A DNA stretch of 64,000 bases. It comes from Patescibacteria group bacterium. GTDB taxonomy: Bacteria > Patescibacteriota > Patescibacteriia > PEXW01. This document shows positions 56,604 through 64,000 of this stretch, one piece after another. The notes beneath the pieces were generated by a model. The model ran no database searches. It was not told the DNA's origin and saw only the letters and a program-made list of their open reading frames with translations. Each line of letters opens with the position of its first letter. Position 1 is the stretch's first letter. The DNA lies in contig JBAZBR010000001.1 in assembly GCA_041671325.1 (NCBI GenBank), forward strand, positions 327,126 through 391,125, written 5' to 3'. The position numbers and the translations under genes are program-made.

Positions 56604-58714
56604 TTGAGGTTTTTTACGGCTTGGACAAATTTTTCACCCCGATCAAATTCATTCTTGAATAGGCCAAAACTGGCCGCTCCAGGATTTAAAATTATAGAAT
56701 CTTTTGATTTTGAAATTTCCCAAGCTTTGTTCACTGCTTCAACCATTGAACTCGCAATATATTTTGGTGCTTTTACTCTGCTTTGCATTTTATTCGTTGC
56801 TGAACCGGGTAAGAAGATTACATACCCAGCCTTCTTGTTTATTTCCTTAACATATTCAGCAAATTCTAAATTTTTATCGCTGCCACCGCAAATTACAATC
56901 GGTTTAGTTTTTATGCTTCTTAAAGCCATGACGGCCGCTATTGGATTTGTAGCTGTAGTATTATTGATAAAATTTCGTCCTTTAAAAAATTTTACCAACT
57001 CGAACCTCTCATTAACCCCTTTAAAGTTTTTTAATTTATTTTTAATAGTTTTCAAGGGTAAACCCAGTAAATAACCGGCTAAAGCTACGTTAATTGCGTT
57101 TCTCAAAGAAGCTTGGTCTTGCAACTTCATTTGTTTTATTGAAATTATCTTGATTTTTTTATTGTTAATCTTTAGGACAATATCTGATTTTTCAATCCAG
57201 GCCGAAGAATTGGGCAGATATGAAAAACTGGTCCAGTAAATTTTAGGCTTTATTGGCAATTTATTAAATTTTTTCCAAAAACTGTCTAATGGCAATATGG
57301 CGATGTCGTTTGCTGATTGACCTTCAAAAATACGGGCTTTAATTTTTGAATATTTAAACAGGCTTTTATGCCGATTTAAATGATCTGGGTAAAGATTCGT
57401 AACAATCGTCAATTTCGCATTTAAAGACAAAGACAAGTCTTCCAGCTGAAAAGATGATAATTCAAAAATCACAGGTGTTTTTCCATCAAAAGCCTTGGCT
57501 TGTAATAATGGTGAAATTTTCAAATTACCAGCAAGGACGGGATTTGTTTTTTCTTTTATCAAATAGGCAAGCCAAGTTGCAGTAGTGGTTTTGCCTTTAG
57601 TACCGGTTATTGCGTATATCGGATTGGCGCTATTCGCTTTAAAAATTGAGATATCGTTAGTCATTGGAATCTTGGCTTTTTTTAATTTAACAATAATTTT
57701 ATTGTTTGGATTAATGCCAGGATTTTTGACAATTAAATCTGCTTTGCTTAAAGCTTTAAAATCAATTTTACCGAAATAGTATTTTATAGGCAGCCCTCTT
57801 AGCTTTTTTAATGTTTCTTTAAAAAATATCCTTGGCTTATCATCAAAAATACTGACTTTAGCATTTGCTTTGACAGCAAACCGTACGCTTGACTCACCTC
57901 CTCCTTGAATGCCTAAACCATATATGGCTATCTTTTTTCCAGCCAAAAAAGATTCCAAAGGCTTTTTCGCTATGACAGTCAAAGTATTTTTATGCAATTT
58001 AAAACCATCTCTTCTGGCTGAGGGCAGCTGTTTACTTTCAAAAGTGCATAAAGGTGAAATTTCGATATTATTTCTTAATACCCCACAAGATAGTAATTGT
58101 TTAATCAAGCCGGCTTTCAAATTAATAAAGTGTTTACTTCCAACTTTTATTGATTTAATCTTTAATTTTTTTTCAAACAAGCGTATTCGATTTAAGTTGT
58201 TGACAAAGTAACATTTTTGACAAATTCCAGGCCCTAGCCAAATTCGCAAATTTGAAACTGCTACGCCTTTAGCTTTTAAGATTTTTATTGCTTTTGGCAC
58301 AATTTCTTTAATCATGCCTTTCCAACCTGTGTGTAGCGCGCCTAACCAACCAGTTTTTGGATCATAAAGTAACACAGGGATACAATCGGCTGTTAAGACC
58401 CCTAATGCTATGTTTGCTTTCTGAGTTAAAAGCCCGTCAGTTTTGGGAAGATAATTGCGTTGATGAAAAGCACCAGCTCCCAGATTTTTTTCGTCAATAA
58501 TTCTAATATTATTGCCATGGACTTGCTGACCCAGAACTAGTTGATTTAAATTTAATTTCAATTCGCCTAAAAATTTCTTCCTGGAATTGATCACCTTTTC
58601 ACCATTTTCACCTACAAAACTTAATGGCTGGTAACTTTCCGATGCCGTAGCCTGGATAATTTCTGGGAATTTTTTAAGTTTTTTTGACTGGAAAAATACC
58701 ATATTTAAAAGCAT
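56600..58714 (-). CDS. murD: Fusion protein: N-terminal PgeF/YfiH (DUF152 laccase-domain, peptidoglycan editing factor) plus C-terminal UDP-MurNAc-L-Ala--D-Glu ligase MurD.
   Basis: The N-terminal ~250 aa has the YfiH pattern (QVHGNNI ... LTADCIPVLLYD ... ALHTGWKG). The C-terminal ~450 aa has MurD motifs (IAIYGLGIQG, ITGTKGKTTT). Confidence 0.8.
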   Translation of the reverse strand: MLLNMVFFQSKKLKKFPEIIQATASESYQPLSFVGENGEKVINSRKKFLGELKLNLNQLVLGQQVHGNNIRIIDEKNLGAGAFHQRNYLPKTDGLLTQKANIALGVLTADCIPVLLYDPKTGWLGALHTGWKGMIKEIVPKAIKILKAKGVAVSNLRIWLGPGICQKCYFVNNLNRIRLFEKKLKIKSIKVGSKHFINLKAGLIKQLLSCGVLRNNIEISPLCTFESKQLPSARRDGFKLHKNTLTVIAKKPLESFLAGKKIAIYGLGIQGGGESSVRFAVKANAKVSIFDDKPRIFFKETLKKLRGLPIKYYFGKIDFKALSKADLIVKNPGINPNNKIIVKLKKAKIPMTNDISIFKANSANPIYAITGTKGKTTTATWLAYLIKEKTNPVLAGNLKISPLLQAKAFDGKTPVIFELSSFQLEDLSLSLNAKLTIVTNLYPDHLNRHKSLFKYSKIKARIFEGQSANDIAILPLDSFWKKFNKLPIKPKIYWTSFSYLPNSSAWIEKSDIVLKINNKKIKIISIKQMKLQDQASLRNAINVALAGYLLGLPLKTIKNKLKNFKGVNERFELVKFFKGRNFINNTTATNPIAAVMALRSIKTKPIVICGGSDKNLEFAEYVKEINKKAGYVIFLPGSATNKMQSRVKAPKYIASSMVEAVNKAWEISKSKDSIILNPGAASFGLFKNEFDRGEKFVQAVKNLK

Positions 58715-58747
58715 ACCATGCTTTTTGGCCTATTTAAAAAATAAAAA

Positions 58748-59833
58748 CTAGGTTTTATCTATTAGAAATACTGATACGCCAACCACCGCGCAAACACCGG
58801 AAATTACCCAAAAACGCATGACAATCTTTGATTCAGGCCAGCCAATTGCTTCCAAATGATGGTGAATGGGCGCAGAAATAAAAACTTTTTTCTTAAAAAC
58901 TTTCTTAGAGATAATTTGGATGATTACGCTTAAAGCTTCTAAGACAAAAAGCAAGCCAATAACCGGTAAAAGCAAGGCTTGATTCGTGAGCATTGCCACA
59001 ATGCCTAAAGTCACCCCTAATGACATGGCGCCAGTATCACCCATGAAAAATCTGGCAGGTGGAATATTAAACCAAAGAAATGCCAACAAGGCCCCAACTA
59101 TCACCCCGCAAAGCGTGGCTAATTCAAACCTTTGCTGGGCAAAAGCAATTGCGCCATAAGCCACAAAAGCAGATAGTAGTGTTCCTCCTGATAAACCGTC
59201 TAAGCCATCGATTTCATTTACTGAAAAAGCGGTTGCCACCATAATAAAAATAAATAGCGGAATATACCACCAGCTGATTTCAAAATTCCCCAAAAAAGGC
59301 ACGTGAATTTGGCTAAAGCCTAATTTAAAGTAAAACCAAAAAGCCCCGACAATCGCAATGGCTGTATAAATAAGAAGTTTATGTCTGACTTGAAAACCAC
59401 CGCCTTTGGGTCCCCAACCTTTTACATTAAAAAAATCATCAACCAGACCGACCAAAGCCGCAGCTCCCAGCGCGGCTAAAGGCAGCCAGGTTTGCTGCCG
59501 AGTCAAAAAATTTAAATCATGCCAAAAACCACCGGATATTAATTGCCGGATTATAAAAAATAAAATCGCAAAAACACAAACCGTAAACCAGACAATAACC
59601 CCACCCATGGTTGGTGTGCCAGACTTTTTTTCATGGAGTTTGGCAAATACTGGGGCAGATTCCGAACTCCTAATTTTTTTACCTAACTTATATTTATATA
59701 AAATTCCAGCCCAAACTGGAGTCAGCGCTATGGCTGTTAAAAAAGCCAGAGTTGAAAGAAAAAATATTCGAATTACCGGCAACTGGTCAATCATGATAAT
59801 ATTTGCTGAAATTGTAAAAGCCAAACTAGCCAA
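58748..59833 (-). CDS. mraY: Phospho-N-acetylmuramoyl-pentapeptide transferase MraY.
   Basis: Polytopic, with GTPTMGG and the DD-containing loop (VGLVDDF). Confidence 0.9.
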   Translation of the reverse strand: MASLAFTISANIIMIDQLPVIRIFFLSTLAFLTAIALTPVWAGILYKYKLGKKIRSSESAPVFAKLHEKKSGTPTMGGVIVWFTVCVFAILFFIIRQLISGGFWHDLNFLTRQQTWLPLAALGAAALVGLVDDFFNVKGWGPKGGGFQVRHKLLIYTAIAIVGAFWFYFKLGFSQIHVPFLGNFEISWWYIPLFIFIMVATAFSVNEIDGLDGLSGGTLLSAFVAYGAIAFAQQRFELATLCGVIVGALLAFLWFNIPPARFFMGDTGAMSLGVTLGIVAMLTNQALLLPVIGLLFVLEALSVIIQIISKKVFKKKVFISAPIHHHLEAIGWPESKIVMRFWVISGVCAVVGVSVFLIDKT

Positions 59834-60207
59834 AGTATCCCCAAACTAATAATAAGATTAGCATAGTGTACAAGGATCAAGCCCTTAATTGTTGAATTAC
59901 GGAACCAGGGTAAAAAAACTAATGTGTTTATCAAAAAGAAAAAGAAAGCAATTAATGGCAAAAGCCAAATAACCCACCAATAACCGATCATATCAATACC
60001 AAAGGGAATGTTATAATGGATTACGACATTAGAAGTTCCTGGAGGGAAATATTTAATTGCAATTATCCCGCTAATTACCATGCTTACTAAACACACACTT
60101 AAAGAAAAAATTTCCCATTTCTTGAAGCCGGAAAAAAGCCAATTTTTTAGTTTTGAAATTCCCAAACTTTGGCGAAGTATTCTTGTTGGTTTTCTGCTAA
60201 TAATCAT
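59791..60207 (-). CDS. Small hydrophobic membrane protein. Start ambiguous (60207 or internal Met at 60081).
   Basis: Three to four predicted TM helices. It overlaps the mraY start and the divergent GT39-like gene. Confidence 0.4.
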   Translation of the reverse strand: MIISRKPTRILRQSLGISKLKNWLFSGFKKWEIFSLSVCLVSMVISGIIAIKYFPPGTSNVVIHYNIPFGIDMIGYWWVIWLLPLIAFFFFLINTLVFLPWFRNSTIKGLILVHYANLIISLGILWLVWLLQFQQILS

Positions 60208-61924
60208 GGCTATTCTTCAGATTACCTCAATCCGCCAAGAAGTCCAAACCATTGATGAAGGCGCTCATTTGGCCGCAGGCGTTTCTTACTGGCTGAAACG
60301 CGACTTCCGGCTAAATGAAGAACATCCGCCTTTAATAAAGCTTTTAGCGGCTTTACCAGTGGTTCTAACCCAGCCCAAAGTATCTTTTGATACCACGGCT
60401 TGGAATGAATCAAACCAATGGCAATTTGCCAGGGAATTTTTTTACCAAAACGGCAATAATGCCGACAAACTTTTCTTTTTAGGCCGCTTGCCCATGATTG
60501 CCTTAAGCCTGTTGCTGGGGTTATTTATTTACTTTTGGGCTAATAAATTAGCCAATCCCTTAGCCGGACTTTTGGCCTTGGCCTGGTATATTTTTGACCC
60601 GAATTTTCTGGCTCACGGCAGGTATATCACTACTGATGTTCCAGTAGCTTTAGGTGTTATTGCCAGCCTTTATTTTATAGTTAAATATTTGGAAAATTCA
60701 AACTGGCGAAATGCTGTTTATTTTTCCGCTATTTTTGGCTTAACCCAAGTGACAAAATTTTCTGCAGTTTTTTTATGGCTGTTGATAATTATTATCCCGA
60801 TTATTTGGTTTGTTAAAAGAAACTATACCAGCAAAAAAATCTTGGGAAAGACATGGCGAATTTTTTATTTAGCCATTATCGGAACAATTATTTCCATCAC
60901 CCTTGTTTATGCCGGCCAAATTAAGCAAGGGAAAAACGATCCTTGGATAAATTCATTATATGCAGAGCGCGAACAAATCGTTAACCAACAAGGTGGATCA
61001 AACGAATCGTTAGTCCAAAAATTAATCAAATTATCTGACGGAAAAACAAAAATTGGGAAAATCACTAATTATGTAGTTAAAGAACTGCCAGTGCCAGGTT
61101 GGTCATATTTTAAAGGTTTAGCGCTGGTAATTAACCACGATTATTGGGGGCACTTAGCTTATTTAGACGGCCAATATTCAAACTTTGGCTGGTGGTATTA
61201 TTTCCCGGCTGCTTTTTTAGTAAAAACTCCTTTTGCGACTTTGATTATATTTCTCCTATCCCTTATTGCTCTAAGCATTTCTATAAAAAATCTAGATTCA
61301 AAAAAATTTCAGCAAATTTTATGGATACCTTTAGTCAGCGCGCTGCTGTATTTTTTATGGAGCTTGACCAGCCATATCAACCTCGGCCTAAGGCATATAT
61401 ACCCCGTCTATCCACCGATCTTTATTTTGGTTGGAATTTTTATTGCCTCAGTTTTGAAATTTAGCAATAAAATCCTCAAAATTACTGCTTTATTAATTTT
61501 TATTTTTTATACCACAACCAGCTTTTTAGCATATCCAAATTATACCGCTTATTTTTCAGAATTAATTGGCGGTTCAAACAATGGTCCAAATTATCTAGTT
61601 GATTCCAATATTGATTGGGGCCAAGATTTAAAGAAACTTAAAAATTTCTTAACTGAAAATAATATCCCCTATGTCTGCATGAGTTATTTCGGCCAAGCAG
61701 AAATGAGCTTTTACAATCTGGATTTCCGATACATACCTAATAAAAATGATCCCCACGAACCAAATGACGTCAATTGCGTAATAGCAATTAGTGTAACCAG
61801 TTTGTTGTCTGAAGATGGGGCTTATTGGTGGTTGAAAAAGTACGAACCTGATGCCAGGATTGGCGGCTCGATTTATGTCTATGATTTTCGTAATAGCCGA
61901 AGCCCCAGCACTAAAGTTAAATAA
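60080..61924 (+). CDS. GT-C membrane glycosyltransferase of the GT39/GT83 (PMT/ArnT-like) type.
   Basis: Polytopic. First-loop motif DEGAHLAAGVSY ... EHPPLIKLL. The start may instead be the ATG at 60206. Confidence 0.75.
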   Translation: MLTKHTLKEKISHFLKPEKSQFFSFEIPKLWRSILVGFLLIIMAILQITSIRQEVQTIDEGAHLAAGVSYWLKRDFRLNEEHPPLIKLLAALPVVLTQPKVSFDTTAWNESNQWQFAREFFYQNGNNADKLFFLGRLPMIALSLLLGLFIYFWANKLANPLAGLLALAWYIFDPNFLAHGRYITTDVPVALGVIASLYFIVKYLENSNWRNAVYFSAIFGLTQVTKFSAVFLWLLIIIIPIIWFVKRNYTSKKILGKTWRIFYLAIIGTIISITLVYAGQIKQGKNDPWINSLYAEREQIVNQQGGSNESLVQKLIKLSDGKTKIGKITNYVVKELPVPGWSYFKGLALVINHDYWGHLAYLDGQYSNFGWWYYFPAAFLVKTPFATLIIFLLSLIALSISIKNLDSKKFQQILWIPLVSALLYFLWSLTSHINLGLRHIYPVYPPIFILVGIFIASVLKFSNKILKITALLIFIFYTTTSFLAYPNYTAYFSELIGGSNNGPNYLVDSNIDWGQDLKKLKNFLTENNIPYVCMSYFGQAEMSFYNLDFRYIPNKNDPHEPNDVNCVIAISVTSLLSEDGAYWWLKKYEPDARIGGSIYVYDFRNSRSPSTKVK

Positions 61925-61942
61925 ATTTTAAGATAAAAGAAA

Positions 61943-61974
61943 ACGACCCGCACCATTGCTACGACGCGGGTCGT
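61943..61974 (-). terminator. Rho-independent terminator, possibly bidirectional, for the convergent genes.
   Basis: ACGACCCGC-N14-GCGGGTCGT perfect 9-bp stem. The minus strand is followed by TTTTCTTTTATCTT. The plus-strand T-tract is weak. Confidence 0.65.
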
Positions 61975-62000
61975 TGTTTACCTAAAGGACTAATTACTTG

Positions 62001-62594
62001 CTACTTTTGAAGTACGCCTGCCGGATTGTCGGCGTCCCAGATGCCATGGGCGATCCGGCGATAGCCCCAATGCCAGGAACCATCATCTTCCCGATAGAGG
62101 TGGAGGATATATTGCTCACCATTCGTTTCCTGCAGGATAGTGTCAAAAAACGATAGAAAAGTAATGCTCTTAGTGGCATATAACCATTTGAGTGTTGTAT
62201 GCCCTTCTTCCTGCCACAGGGTAATGAAGTCATTAGCACCAAGTTGAACATCTGTTGGTTCTGCCTTGACACGGCGGAGGTATTCTTCGCCATTGATAGA
62301 AGACTCTCCTTTTTTAAGGTAGTCTTTCGCTATTATTTTTTCGGCGTTTAAGTAACCCCTCGAATGTAGCTTTTCATAAATCACCCAGCCCTTCCACGAG
62401 AAAAGTTCCTCCGGGTTGAAAGATTTAAGCCGGAGAACGTGAGTGATGATGATTTCTGCAGATCCATGAAGGTAGCTTAGAATTTTCTGCAGCTGCTCTG
62501 ACTGCCCAAGAAGTGTAACATCATGAGCAGTGAAATTTTCTTTTTCCAGTCTTTCCATCAACTGATGGGACTGACCTTCTGAGTAAGAAGACAT
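62001..62594 (-). CDS. Hypothetical protein (about 197 aa), GC-rich.
   Basis: The start was placed at the internal Met (MSSYSEG) because a strong SD AAGGAGG sits 5 nt upstream. The ORF track extends to 62618. No family recognised. Confidence 0.6.
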   Translation of the reverse strand: MSSYSEGQSHQLMERLEKENFTAHDVTLLGQSEQLQKILSYLHGSAEIIITHVLRLKSFNPEELFSWKGWVIYEKLHSRGYLNAEKIIAKDYLKKGESSINGEEYLRRVKAEPTDVQLGANDFITLWQEEGHTTLKWLYATKSITFLSFFDTILQETNGEQYILHLYREDDGSWHWGYRRIAHGIWDADNPAGVLQK

Positions 62595-62654
62595 GTCTTC
62601 CTCCTTAGTTTGGCACATGTGCCGTTGTTTCTTGGCCAGAGGGCCACCACCTTG

Positions 62655-62781
62655 GTAGTCATAGCCAGAAAGTACTAATAAATATTATATGTCATGCTGA
62701 ACTTGTTTCAGCATCTCATTCTGTAGACCCTGAAACGAGTTCAGGGTGACAAGATGATAAGTGCCTTTTGGCTATGACTAC
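62655..62781. promoter_or_regulatory. Nested inverted-repeat element: a 13-16 bp outer inverted repeat enclosing two hairpins with shared CTGAA-N5-TTCAG arms. Overlaps a minus-strand TATAAT box.
   Basis: Outer arms GTAGTCATAGCCA (62655-62667) and TGGCTATGACTAC (62769-62781). Hairpin 1 ATGCTGAA-CTTGT-TTCAGCAT (62694-62714). Hairpin 2 ACCCTGAA-ACGAG-TTCAGGGT (62727-62747). Confidence 0.5.
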
Positions 62782-62895
62782 GCTGCTTTTTTAAAGTGCA
62801 AAATAACAAGGAAGAATATCATGGATTAACCGTTTTGTCAATGGACATCAGGGAATACTTAGCAAGTTTTACTGTACAAACAGCCTGTTTTTTAT

Positions 62896-62901
62896 TATAA
62901 T
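62896..62901 (+). promoter_or_regulatory. Candidate -10 box (TATTATAAT) upstream of pilB.
   Basis: TATAAT 33 nt upstream of the ATG at 62934. The -35 is weak. Confidence 0.3.
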
Positions 62902-62933
62902 TTCATCATGCTTGCCTTAGAAAATAAAATCCA

Positions 62934-64000
62934 ATGAAAAGCAAACTTTTAGCTAGGATAATTACCGAGGCGAATCTTTTGGCTCCTGACCAGCTAAAAT
63001 CAGCAACTGAGGTGGCTGAACAGCAAAACGTTGAACTTGACCGTTATTTAGTTGATGAAAACTTGATTTCTGAAAATGTACTTTACGAAGCTATAGCCAG
63101 CTATTACAAGCTGCCTTTTGTAGACTTAAAACAATCAACAATCCGTAAAGACGTTTTGGAGGCTGTGCCCGAACCATTAGTCCAAGTCCATCAGTTGGTG
63201 GCATATGACATGGACCCCAAAAAAATAAAGATAGCAACCCTTGACCCAAGAGATTTGCAGACTTTTGAATTTATTAAGAAAAAAACCGGCTTAAATCCTG
63301 AAATTGCCATCACTACGCCCTCCAGCATAAAAAATGCCCTTGGCCAATTTCATAAAGGCTTATCCGCAACTTTCAAGGAAATAACCAAAGAAACTGAAGA
63401 ATCCGAAGAAACTGGCGGTGAAAAAAAATTAAGCGAACTTGCTGAGGATTTGCCAATAGTCAGGATTGTTGACAGCATGCTTGAATACGCAGTTTTTGAA
63501 AGCGCTTCGGATATCCATATTGAGCCGCAAGAAAATGAATTAATTGTCAGGTACCGAATTGATGGCCGTTTAAAGCAAGTAATGACCTTACCTAAAAATA
63601 CCCAATCAGGCATTATTGCCAGAATAAAAATCCTTTCAAACTTAAAAATTGACGAGCATCGACTGCCCCAAGACGGCCGTTTTACTATCGCTTCAAAAGA
63701 TTACAAAGTTGCTTTCCGGGTTTCAATTTTGCCGGTTTACGACGGGGAAAAGGCAGTCCTACGTTTGTTGAATGAGTCCGCACAAGTTTTGACTTTGGAA
63801 CAATTGGGATTACAGCCAAACCCCCTGGAAATTCTGAAAAGAAACATAAAAAAACCACACGGAATTATCTTAGTAACCGGCCCGACTGGCTCAGGTAAAA
63901 CCACAACCCTTTACACAGTCCTAAATATTTTGAATAAGCCCGAAGTGAATATTTCCACAGTTGAAGATCCAATTGAATATCGAATGCCCAGAGTCAACCA
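62934..64000 (+). CDS. pilB: Type IV pilus / type II secretion assembly ATPase (PilB/GspE family). The 3' end is truncated by the window edge.
   Basis: N-terminal T2SSE_N-like domain. LPQDGRF ... ILVTGPTGSGKTTTLY Walker A. The ORF runs off the window end and was not listed in the track because it has no stop. Confidence 0.85.
   Translation, partial: MKSKLLARIITEANLLAPDQLKSATEVAEQQNVELDRYLVDENLISENVLYEAIASYYKLPFVDLKQSTIRKDVLEAVPEPLVQVHQLVAYDMDPKKIKIATLDPRDLQTFEFIKKKTGLNPEIAITTPSSIKNALGQFHKGLSATFKEITKETEESEETGGEKKLSELAEDLPIVRIVDSMLEYAVFESASDIHIEPQENELIVRYRIDGRLKQVMTLPKNTQSGIIARIKILSNLKIDEHRLPQDGRFTIASKDYKVAFRVSILPVYDGEKAVLRLLNESAQVLTLEQLGLQPNPLEILKRNIKKPHGIILVTGPTGSGKTTTLYTVLNILNKPEVNISTVEDPIEYRMPRVN

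Noticed and set aside
62595-62618. Longer start (MCQTKEED...) for the GC-rich gene, as given in the ORF track.
   Set aside because: The internal ATG at 62594 is preceded by a near-perfect AAGGAGG at optimal spacing. The upstream ATG has no RBS.
62694-62747. Twin palindromes as LexA/Cheo-type SOS boxes.
   Set aside because: The arms are CTGAA/TTCAG with a 5-nt centre. Neither GAAC-N4-GTTC nor CTGT-N8-ACAG fits without shifting the symmetry axis.
63350-63613. 87-aa minus-strand ORF.
   Set aside because: It lies inside the plus-strand pilB reading frame, which shows unmistakable GspE/PilB motifs.
1-64000. Search for rRNA or tRNA genes and alternative genetic code (UGA recoding).
   Set aside because: No rRNA-like conserved stretches or tRNA cloverleaf signatures were found in intergenic regions. 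Long ORFs terminate normally with TGA, TAA and TAG, so the standard code 11 fits.

Overview
This 64-kb window is from a low-GC (about one-third GC), gene-dense bacterial chromosome. Genes are packed into long co-directional runs, many with 1-10 bp overlaps. The window holds core housekeeping genes, a cell-envelope glycosylation module, a few compositionally odd inserts and candidate regulatory structures, and one three-gene operon that is the main novelty candidate.

Housekeeping and cell-wall genes:
- mreB-mreC-mreD-PBP2 (mrdA), with a second mreB paralog a few kb upstream.
- holB, frr, rseP, greA, lysS, serS, ftsQ, gltX, priA-like, def-fmt, mnmA.
- secD-secF, and secA followed by hpf.
- A dcw block in canonical order mraY-murD-ftsW-murG-murC-(inserted gene)-murB. 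Its murD carries an N-terminal PgeF/YfiH domain.

Envelope glycosylation genes:
- Two family-2 glycosyltransferases (GT2) and one family-1 (GT1) at the 5' end.
- A polyprenyl-phosphate sugar synthase next to a flippase-like plus GT-C fusion protein.
- A GT39/ArnT-like transferase and a WecG/TagA-type transferase.

The gene content (minimal core, many small membrane proteins, two MreB copies, a degenerate PriA) looks like a small-genome Patescibacteria/CPR-type organism. That is inference only.

The main novelty candidate is a three-gene minus-strand operon at 36.9-41.2 kb:
- A protein combining a sigma-70 region-4 HTH with a HARE-HTH (RNAP-delta-like) domain.
- A 519-aa membrane protein with no recognisable domain.
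- A TM-less VirD4/TraG-type coupling ATPase.

It is flanked by a 600-bp non-coding gap and an orphan 96-aa gene with its own promoter and terminator. A PilB/GspE ATPase gene starts at the 3' edge of the window.

Other notable items:
- Three GC-rich genes that look inserted (19.3 kb, 52.1-53.1 kb inside the dcw cluster, 62.0-62.6 kb).
- A nested inverted-repeat element with twin CTGAA-N5-TTCAG hairpins over a TATAAT box at 62.66-62.78 kb.
- A GC-rich 200-nt intergenic segment with terminal inverted repeats upstream of def, a candidate structured RNA.
- An Asn-rich tandem-repeat surface protein.
- A nucleotide-handling accessory cluster (NUDIX, GrpB, NTP_transf_6, DUF523).

No rRNA, tRNA, CRISPR array, transposase or integrase was recognised. 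All domain calls are by-eye motif recognition and not database searches.
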